Source: Bispira polyomma
Lineage: Eukaryota
Reading direction: 5' to 3'
DNA length: 64,000 nt
NCBI GenBank assembly: GCA_965649765.1
Contig: OZ287748.1
Coordinates: 83,514,001 to 83,578,000 of the forward strand
Position 1 is the stretch's first letter; the number at the start of each line of letters is the position of its first letter. A program made the translations under genes and the position numbers. Positions 27,901-38,822 of the stretch are shown here, one piece after another. The notes under the pieces were generated by a model. The model saw only the letters and a list, made by a program, of their open reading frames with translations. It searched no databases and was not told the origin of the DNA.

Positions 27901-29403
27901 CTGAATACATGTAGAAAGTGCATTTGGGGATATTTGGTTGTACCAAAAGCTAAAGTACTACCCTAGATAAAATATGGTGATGACAGTATGCAGAATTTCA
28001 GTTTAATAGCACTGTTAACTATATCACCTTAAGGTAAGTTATACAGAGAGTCTCTTCTTGTTAAAGTCACAAACAAACTCTATCACTGAAAAGATGACAT
28101 GTTTGTGAAGTTCTGTGGACATCTAAAATCTAGGTTTCTAAGCTTTACAATGGCACATGTAGGAGAATATAGATGAATGTATATAGTTATCGCACAATAA
28201 ACGGCCTTGACATAAGACAAGTATGGCTCCCAGCTAAAATCACATGTCTATATATGAAAAAAAAGCTGATCAGTTGACCTCAAACCCTGAAAGTTAACCA
28301 TGCCTTTGTTTGATAAAAGAAGAACCACACACTCGCCTCAGGTCTAATGTCTGTATTTATATGTATTGGTGTACATCTCTGCTAGGTACACCATCCTATA
28401 CACTGGTTGTCGTCTGGTAGCTTTTTACTACTTTTTGGCGGGAAAATATGCAGGGCCATTTTGGCACATAGTTGTAATTCTTCTAACATGGGTATTAAAA
28501 CGGTGTAAAAGTTTCAATGTAACTACTGTCCAGAACATAATAGGGATTGTTTTGTGTGTGTATGTTATTACAGACGTGTTTGTGACTGGAGTATGGGTGC
28601 TATTTTTATATACTATATTTTATGTACCTTTTTCTGAATAGTGCCCCCGTTGTAGAAATGTTGAGAGATATACAAGATATCTAGTCAGAAGTGGAAATGA
28701 CATTGTACCCTGTAATTCTTTAAATCTTTGAGTGAAATCACCAGACTTACAACTTTAGAAGTTATAGTGACCATACACCTGTAATCTGTGTAATCTTTAG
28801 GTCATTAACTATTTGAGTCGATCATCATACAACTTTCATATTATAGGTTGGTATCTGTAAATGGCAAAAAGGCTTGGTTTTTAACTCACAGACTTGCAAC
28901 AAGTTAAATGTGTTTCTATGGAGAGAGATAGGCAGAAATTGAAATGACCATGTACCTTTTAATCATTTACTGTGTGAAATCGCTCACACTTTTTACTCAC
29001 AGACTGGGAACAAACCAACGTCGAATTCATGCCTAACATATACCTACCTCAGTCTCAGAATTATATTTCACAAAATAATATGGAACCAGAACTGAAAACT
29101 AATAATTACTTGATTTTTATACCTTTTTTTGCATTGTGTGGCTATCAGTAGCAGTTCATATATTTGGGTCTAATATGAAACAGCCACACTATTAATTTGA
29201 TTTTATACCCTTTGTTCATTTTGTGGTGTGTGTGTTGCAAATTTATGTTGTGGCATATTTATGTTGTGCTTTATAGATAAGGAGAATTATTTTGACCTCA
29301 TAAGAACAAATTACCCCCCTCCCCCCCGCCCCCACCCACCCCCCAAAAAACAAAACAAACAAAAAATGTAAAAAATACCACAAATACATATTTATGAATA
29401 CTG

Positions 29404-29409
29404 TTTATT
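29404..29409 (-). terminator. Candidate protocadherin polyadenylation signal (3' UTR ~2.6 kb)
   Basis: AATAAA on the minus strand followed by GT/T-rich sequence (tatttgtggtattttt...ttttgtttgttttg). Confidence 0.5.
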
Positions 29410-29845
29410 TTCTGGTTGCTATTAAAATACAATTACATTTTTAATAAATTAATATATCTATACGTATATGAGCACCAATGTTTGCTATTGCAAGCATAGA
29501 ATGACACACGAAAAACACAAGGAAAGTACAAAATTCTGATTTCGGAAATAATGAGGTTCATTAACATAATAAATGCTATAGAAGAGATGTCAATATGTAC
29601 CTTAATTTTTACACGAAGGTGTACTTTATCAATCACACTGAGAACACAATAATTCTTTTAATGGAGCTTTTATAAGTTATTTATACTATTTCCTGCATAC
29701 AGGTTTTAATTGGTATCCATTAAGGTTACTGATATTTGTTGCATATAAACTACATTCAGAGAAGTAGTTTTAAGGGTAACCTGGGCATTTTTTATGTAAA
29801 TTCCATAGTTATATCATGCACAAATAGTAGCTTATCTACATAATC

Positions 29846-30080
29846 ATGGGTCCGTATTCTCCAAACATCTCACACTCATCTCTGACTCAAGCTCAAATCT
29901 GGCTAGAATAAAGCTAGATAAAATCTGATTATAAATTTGAATTCAGTGCTAAAAGCTCTATTAAAATTAATGGTCACAATTACAGGTTATTTCTATGTAC
30001 AGTAAATAACAGATAGAGCATTTACTTGATTTGAGTTAAGTCTGAGTTGAGCTTAAGCGTCTTTAGAGAACGGGCACTGG
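29846..30080. mobile_element. MITE in the putative protocadherin 3' UTR; relatives at ~11290-11483, ~44443-44667 and ~47140-47400
   Basis: Ends gggtccgtattctccaaa / tttagagaacgggcactgg; internal gctctattaaaa..aatggt.acaa...aggttat shared among copies. Confidence 0.8.
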
Positions 30081-31969
30081 TCTGTAAGAACTACAAGACA
30101 AATGAACCATACCAAATACCTCCAAGGTTGTAACTTAGTCACCATGAAACATGCTCAAGTATTAAAACATATCAGTTTACATAATCACAAATCTTACCTT
30201 ATTGGCACACTTCTCATTCAACAAATATAATTGTATTTGTAGTAGTTCCAATTATGTTCTCTTGCTTAATTTGCCATTTTACCTTTTTCTGGTTATATAA
30301 TCTTAAGGTCCAAATTTAAAGGAAATAGTGTCATTTTTGTAATCATGAGTCTTGTATTAGAATCAGAGTTATTTTACAATACATTTCAATATTTATTTGG
30401 AGAAATATGCTTACTTATACAAAATATCCTGATGGAAAAGAACAATATATGACACAACTTTGAAACTTTTGATTTAACACGAAGACATAACTTCATATTG
30501 GTCATATTCAGTCACACTTTGGGGGTACTTTGATCTGGGGACTATATAAAAAGGATTACTCCTCTATATACAATACAGTATGAAATAAAGAAAATATCAC
30601 AGTTAATAAGTTGCTGGTTCAATGAAGAAAATCTTAGTAAGACACAGAGTGCGTTTATAACGTAGGACTTATTTACAGTTATATGGTAGACCAGTTATAA
30701 AAATGAACACAAAATAAGACTACATAAACTGGTCTTATGAACTAAAAAATGACTATCTAGATATGATTAAACTACCGGTTAAGTGGTAATGACTTATATA
30801 CGAAATGTAAGAATATTGCATTGCTTCCAGTGTCCTGAGGCAATTTATGTGAGGGCCACATAACCAAAGGAACCAGAAATGTCTGAAAAACTGCTTTTTT
30901 TGGTAAGTTTAACTTCTGCAAGTTATACTACCTTTATTTATGTAAGTATTGGTGCATATTAACGTATTAAGTGTACTTACTGGCCATGAAAATGTGACAA
31001 ACTTGGATATGCAGATAACTTTGAATAATTCGGCAAAATATTAATATTACTAATTGCCAATACTGACTTGGTGACAACTAACTAGTGCTCATTGCAAATC
31101 AAACATCAGTGACCTCTTACCGTGTAACAAGATGCTGTGAAATGAAATGATAAACCATAAAATACAGTGTATTGCTGTGTAGCCTATGTTAGGGGTCTGT
31201 GATCAATGATCAATGTGAGTATGCACAATTTGTAAAGACTAGTAATACCATATAAATATTACATCTGTACTGTTTCTTAATAACCACCTTGAGAATCACT
31301 AAACACCCCAGCACTAGATGTAACTTGGACTAAGAAGTTTGGAGTTGTTGGACACACATAGCACACAGCAACATAAGTTACAATGCTCAATGTAAAGAAT
31401 TACCTTAACAAAAGCAACCTTAACTTCTGTTCATTTAAATATATCACTCTAGTGAAAACATCTGCTCTTCCAGGCATCAGCATGGTAATACCATTCTCAA
31501 CATCTGCCTTTGTCAACAACTTCCTTTACCACTGTTAGTGTAACTGTCATCAGGTTTCGTCCATGATATACACAGCCAGTACTACCACAACGTCACTTTA
31601 CCTTATGACAGCAGGTTGCAACTGTTCCACAAGTACAAAGAGCTAGAGTGCTAGAGTCCCACGACAATACAACAACCTCAACTAGATATTACTTGGAATG
31701 ATAACAACAGGTTACAGAAGTGCTGTATAGTCCTATAAGAACAAGTGACTGTTATCGAACTTTCAGTAGCACTAGATATCACTTGAACTCATTCTGGAAA
31801 CCACCATTGGTTCACTATGTATTAGACCAGTAGTCTCATAGAGTTCTCTAGCCCATATAGAATTTGGACTGATAACTACCAGTTGTCTCATATGTGAAAG
31901 AGCTATATACTGCTATACATGTATATAGTCATATAACCCATGGAACTGTTTTTCCACACACCAACCTCA

Positions 31970-32430
31970 CTAGATATAACTTGAACTTGGACCAATACCC
32001 ACTGGTTGTTCCACATGTATCGGAGTAGTAGTCCTCCTCTCTGTATAACTGTCACCTTGGTGACCTCCTGAGGACAGGATCCCTCTAGAGGCTTTAGTAG
32101 ACTCCTGCTGCTGTTGCTGTGTTAACTGTGAGTGTTGATTAGGATGCTGTGACTGCTGTTGCTGATGCTGTTGTTGTACTTGGTGGAGATGCTGCTGCTT
32201 GCCTGGCATGATGCTGCTGCTGTTATTACTGTTTCTACTGTGCGGTCTGTTCTGTGCACTGTGTGTTCTGTGTAAGCGTTCGGGTATGGTGGGGGCTGTC
32301 TCTTGTATGGTCGTGACACTAGTAGTACGTGCTGAAGGGGGTAGGTGACCCACTGTGGGCTTCTTGTTGTGTGGGTGATGGTGGTTGTGGGGGTAGTGTG
32401 AAGATGATGGTCCAGGAAGGTGTGCATGAC
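31970..32430 (-). CDS. PCDH: Protocadherin terminal coding exon, His/Gln-rich tail ending SSSYI*
   Basis: tttcctctag|GT acceptor; phase-1 entry reads GHAHLPGPSSSHYPHNHHHPHNKKPTVGHLPPS..., continuous with ORF 31970..32353 to TAG. Confidence 0.85.
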
Positions 32431-34357
32431 CTAGAGGAAATAACAGACAGGCATTTGTTTTATATTAATCAAATCAAAATATATACTTTCTTAAGAAGGA
32501 ACTCTATGGTTAGAGAGAGAAATTATAAATTAAGCTTTGTTTTTTAAATAAATTTATTTGATCTATGGCATCATCAGTTAAATAAAATTCTTGCTTACCC
32601 GAAGACAACATTGTTTTCTATATATTTAAAGAGTAACCTATGAATGAATGCAATGGCTGAAAATGAAGGTTTTTAAAATTTAAGCAAAAAAAACCTCACA
32701 AAATGTGTACATAGATGAAAGTGTGAATCTGTTATGGCAAATGAAACCAAAGCGCAACCTAAACACTAATTTTTCTGGCCTGCCTAAATGTGACCAAGCT
32801 CTCTGAAGGTTGGCAAGCAACAGATCATTACTAATAATGATTTATAGGCTAAAACAGATCAATGAATTTGGTAAAAATTTGCTCTCTGACTTTTAATTAC
32901 TTTTTTCTTTCTTACATTTTCCAACTACCAGAAAGCTACCAATATTGCTCCATTGGAGAAACAACAGTTGAATAAAAAGGCACCAGGTTTTTGTTGACAG
33001 TAGCTGGAGGGTTCAAAAGCCAGGGCTCCTTTTTGGTCAGTGTTTTAAGTGGGTAGAACTAACACCTTTTAGCTACATTTAGTAGCTCTGGTTCAACTGG
33101 TAATCTGTTGTAGGGAGGAAACTTGACACCTCTGAGAAAAACCCAATATGTTCCACTCTACACTGTATACTGTGTGATTCAGTATTTGGTCTTCTCTCTT
33201 CAGCTAATTACTTCTAGCCTCTCTATATAGTTATAATCATAGTCTCTGCTATAAATTTCTCTGTGTTTTTTCACGCCTGTGGGCTAGGTGGTATTTGGTT
33301 GTTGTCACTGACAAACTACATATAATTGCATATTAGAAGGATAAACCCATTACTTTCTGTGTGTACATACTATAGGCCACATGGATAGAAACAACCCATA
33401 ATTGAGTTTTTTTCTCATTCAAGTACCGAGCTCAGTACAAAAGATGTGTGTATATGTGTGTTTTTGTAGGTATGAATGTTTATTTATATTATTCTATATG
33501 TCACTGAGTGAATTTTGTTTTATCAATTGAGGGAATTTTCTATCAAAATTAGAAGAGAAACACTCCTTGTTTGTGAACACAAAACTTCAGAAAACTACTA
33601 CCCTATATACTTTGCATAGTTGTGTCTCCTTAAGCATATAGAGACACATTGGGATATATAAATACTGTGATTGCTTCTATTTTGGGCTATATATATATTT
33701 CACGGTAATAATTTGATACAATCAGCTATATAAAATGGCAATTTGCCCCCTGTAAACCTATTGCACTTCCAAATGACTGATTCCAAAAAGCTGATAAGGA
33801 ATGACAGTTTGATTACAACATTGGGACGCCCACCTCGCGTGCAACTGTCACCATATGTAGTTTGTATGTGATTTGTGTGTATGTATTTATGTATGGAGAA
33901 AAAAAAGAGGTAATGGGAGAAATAGACAGATACAATGTGCATACCATATGTATCTCTATTATACAGTGTGTCCTCAAAGATATAGAATCAATCTGGATTC
34001 CAATTAGTACAGAGATCACATTTCTATAGATTGTAGGCAGAGTGGGTTGTTTATCAAAAGTAGTCAGCGAGATTATTATGAAATCATCTTATATGTATGT
34101 ACATCTATATATGCAATATTTGTTTACTAAATGACTATGCGGGCATTGAAAGATTTGGGGTTCTTTTTAAAATTTCATTTTGGCAAATAATATTATCAGT
34201 CTTTCCAGTGCCTTTGGAAACTAGGTTTTTTAAGGTGGCATAAAATGTTATGTAAACCATAGGTTTTTAGGGGTTTTACTTGAAAGTCCCAGAATTACTT
34301 CAAGGTATTTGATCGCAATTGTAGCACAGTACTACTCTGACAAGTTGTAAATCTCAC

Positions 34358-34487
34358 CTGTCGGTATGGAGACGTTGTGTGACGTAGTAAGGTCAGGGTC
34401 TTCGTTAGAGCCCCGCCCACTATCTGCTCCTGAGTGACAGGAGAGCTGGCTGGAAGATTCCTCGTCTTTAGAGCTGTCATGTGGTTT
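34358..34487 (-). CDS. PCDH: Protocadherin cytoplasmic exon 2 (KPHDSSKDEESSSQLSCHSGADSGRGSNEDPDLTTSHNVSIPT)
   Basis: ttttacag|AAA acceptor and CAG|gtgaga donor; 130 nt, phase 0 in and phase 1 out; carries a DSG-containing CM1-like motif of non-clustered protocadherins. Confidence 0.88.
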
Positions 34488-37400
34488 CTGTAAAATAACA
34501 GATTTTGGGGTTATAAATAAATATTAAAAAAAAAAATAGTAAATGAAGTCCCTTGAAGAGTATTCTGTATAAAATATATTTTAGTGGAAATTGTTAATCC
34601 TTAAATTATCTTAAGGTCATTAACTAAAATAGATCAAATATTAATTCCTGGTGACAATGTTGCCTTCTGTATTTTATCTGATGATAATTCCCACTCACGT
34701 TTTTACACAAGTTATGATATATGCCAGTGGAAATTGTACACCACTTTTATTTCATGTTTACATATACTGTTATACAATATGTAATCTGTATGGTATTACA
34801 TAAAAGTAGAATAACACAAAGAAAAGTAACAAACTAATTCTTCAGTGGGTCTTGTAGAGATCAAATAAAACCAAAGCACTTTCTATGTTGTTGTACCATT
34901 GTTACACGTAGTACAATCTAAACAGACCAACTCCTCTTTAAACAAATGCACCTTTTCGCTTCGGCTTGGACTATTGCTACTTTGGTAAAAATTAAAATGT
35001 CATCAGTCATGTTTGTTTTAGAAAGCCACTCAGTCTGGGGTGGCAAAAGGTGACTGTACATTGAGCTCAGGTTACATAGACACAGCCTACTTTAAAGTAG
35101 CCCTTGATTTGACCTGCTCCTCCCTCCATTATTTACTCAATTTTATTGCTACAATACACTAAGTATATAACTAATCCATATTATATTATACTTTGATACC
35201 AAAAAAAAAAAAAGAGTAAAAAAAAATCCCGCCAAGATCAAAAAGTCGTCTGGAACTAACTTGACACACTGGGTTTCTTTTTTTTTCTATTTATGTAAAT
35301 ATAGACACGTTTTAACTCCCCTTTAAAAACACAGTAGAGTCAACCAACAATCGTTCTTGGTGGTACATTATTTCCTTGATAAATTAATTTTCTTTTCATG
35401 ACTAGAATTGATTACTTTTTGGGTTATGTCATATATATTATACAGAAAGAAAAATGCATTTTCTTCTCTTCAGAAGAAGGCAATGGCTTTTCTTGTGTAT
35501 GGTCGGTGCTATCAACACACACCCCTCGAGGGCCCTATGTTTTTGTTATATCCCAGTCTTTTGGTTCTTACTAAATCTATTATATAAGGCCGAGTTAATA
35601 GGCTCTGGGCAGACAAACATCCCTTGATGCAACAACAAAAAAACCTTTTCTCTGGAAACTGTTTACACAGTATTTTTTTTCCTATTCAGAGGCCAAAGTA
35701 ATATTGAATAGTGATCAAAGCTTATTTTTGGGGGGAGAATAGTAGAATTGGACGAGTTAAGTGGTGTAAGGTAAATTGGGTGGGGGGTAAAATGAGATGT
35801 AATATTAATAAGATAAGAGAATTTTGGAACTGTCATTTAAAGTTAAAAAGTGGGGGGGTCGGAATTAATACTCAACAGTTTTTATTAAAAACTTAATATG
35901 ATCCTGCCATGGAATTGGTTAGCTTTGATGAATAATTCGTTGATAGCACTTCTTATAATATAACAAACTTATGAATTTAGAGTAAAAGTACAGTATAAAA
36001 TTTAATTTTCATCGGAAAAATTTATATAGGATTTTTTTTTTATTCAGAAACATACAGATGTCATTTTACACAAAGAGGATGATTTATTTAAATTGCTTAG
36101 GTAAGGCAATTGTTATGTGTGTGTTTTTGGGATATAACTCATATATATGCCAAATATACATATATATATATTATTCATAAATATTTCATGAAAATATATA
36201 GCAAAATGAAGTTAAATACACAGGTGGCTCTTGGGGAATGAGGAGTATTTATTCATGTATTCTACAAAAAGCCCCTCGGTCACGGCAGGGGGTGGGGACA
36301 GGATACCCCATACTTAAGTGTGCTGGTGGTGTGTGTGGGGAAAAGTCAAAGACTTAGAACTGATGACAGTCACAATGACAACAGGCACAAGTAACCTCGA
36401 CAAAGGCTCTAAAGTTTTTTAAATTGTTGTTTACTTTTTGATTATTTTCATTTAAGAAAATTAATAACTAACCTTATAATAATATAATATATTTAACATC
36501 AATGTGTACATTGTATACTATAAACACTAAATATAAAATTATCTGAATTTATTTACTTTAAATTTAATTTTTGCAATTTAATTAATTCAATGAATAACAT
36601 CATCTTGATTTAACAAAATGGTCACATTTTGACCTTCGATAAATGCCTTTTCTATATACATTGTAAAGTATACAGACATTGTATATTATATCAATTTTGA
36701 CATTTGAGAGCCTAATGCAGATACTGTCTCTAGTAAACCTACCCTCTATATAACTCCCTAATTTAAGATTTAAAGATATTTCACGAAAATATCTACAAAA
36801 ATTGAGTTTAAAACATTGTAACATACATAAAGACATATGGAAAATCTTTGGAAACCTCCTGGTCTAGTGATTAGGTCAGGTTTTGGTTTGTTTGGTGGCT
36901 AGGTTTCAGTTGGTCTGGTTATTGTAGCTCATTGGAGATATAACATCTTGTACAATATATGAGCACAACTATTGCCATCTGATGACGACCAATGATATGT
37001 TGTAGGTTTTTTTTCTGATAGAAGAAACATTCTTTAGAAGATGCCTTGGCATTAATTTGGCACTATATAAAAATCCTTCCCATACTAATAATTATTATAA
37101 TACAACCCATCAAAAATTGATATCTACATTGCATTATTTGCTATGTTTGTTAAACTTTGAGAGTTTTGGGCCTAAGAAAGACTAATCTCTATTTATCTCT
37201 CTATCCAACACCTTGACAGTGACAGGGCGGGGACATAGCTGGCAGGCTGCCTCTGTACTAAGCTTACACACATACTCTTAATGTCCCCACCAGCCCTGTG
37301 TGTTTTAAGTCTCACTGACACTGATCAGGCCCCTACCACCAGTTGGGTGCTGAGCTTTACCCCTCGGGCCAAAAGTCATACGGTTGGAGGTGTGGTGTGG

Positions 37401-38822
37401 GGATTACAAAACCCAACCCTCTACTGGAAAATATGGGTGATAGTTGTCAAATATCTAGATAGTTTCCTTCATGGGCTGAATGTTAAATCTCACAGATATA
37501 CAGTGATGGCAATAGTTGAAGTTTAAATCTTTAAAAATTATACTTGAAACAAGGAGAAAACATTGAGTTTTAAAGGTTTATATAAGCGTCCTCAGTTAGG
37601 TGCCTGTGATAAGAAGACATATTTTGGAAGTACAGAACTCTTTAACAGGGATCTGATATTAAAGTCCTGGTGAATTTTATAAAATTTTACAGATGTACAA
37701 TGACTCTAGTTGAAGTTTCAATGTTTAACTTTTACTTGGAACTCTCAGGTAATTGTTTTAAAAACAACAGTTGTGTAAAGTTATAAATGTCCAAACAAGA
37801 TAACAGTTTTAGATACTCGCACAGAACCCTTTAATAGATACCTTTAATAATCACCTTTACACTGAAACCTTGGTAACCTTTATCTTTGTCTGTGCCCAAT
37901 AAAAATTACTGTATAAAGAAAGGGTATATAAATCAGCTTCGTAAAAACATATTGAGACCCGAGTATATTTCACTTTTAACAATGCGTTGGGTCAGAATTA
38001 CAGAAAATCAAGTAGCCGAAAACAGGTTGTAATGTATAAATGACACCATCCAAGATTAAATAAAAACTGTACATAAAACATTGCTGCATGTTTTGCAGAA
38101 ACACAAACGTCTATATGATACACTCTGTCATTGTGTTGAGTTGTTCCTAGGGTGAAAATCTAATCGGTGTATGTGTATGGTATGTATTGTAAAGGGAGAG
38201 GAAACAACAACTTGTGTAGTTAATTTAGCACAAGTAAAGGGGTTAACCAAGTTGTCTTAACAATGTACACAAAAACACACAGAACAAACTGCAGAAATAG
38301 ATGCCAGATTAAAGAATTTTTAAACTCAACTAGCACAGGTGTTTTGATATTAGATGACACAATATAACATAGTGTTATTCTTGAGCAGACCCTGGTAGAT
38401 TGGGTTGTTATTGCTACTACAAAGCTGCTATTATGGAGAGGGTTTTTACTGCCACTGTGGAATTGGTATATAGATGTCTGACCTAGTAAGATTGAGGTGA
38501 AACCTAAAACATCTTAAATTCTAATGGTGTTTCATTTAGAAAACATGTGTTTCGTTTTATTGCTAAAGATTAAATTATTATCTCTTATTACAAATATAAA
38601 AAAAAGTAATTTAAAAAAATTTCATATAATAGTTTGTTTTTCTTTTTTAACTTCTGATGAATAAACTAATTCCAATAGACATTCAAAACATTTTAAACAT
38701 AATCAAAATTGAAAACTTAAAGTGACATATGATATATACAGGGTAAAAATAGGTTATACCCCAAAAAAATTAATAAAAATTTCTAAGGGTGCTTTAGAAG
38801 TAGAGAATTGAAGGCCACGAAC

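Noticed and set aside
7500-29000. Additional protein-coding genes or conserved miRNA hairpins between the two genes
   Set aside because: Only short low-complexity ORFs without coherent splice chains, and no conserved mature miRNA recognised by eye. A covariance-model search would be needed to exclude ncRNAs.
34295-34480. ORF MTALKTRN... as the exon product
   Set aside because: Wrong frame; the splice phase and the DSGRGS motif support another frame.
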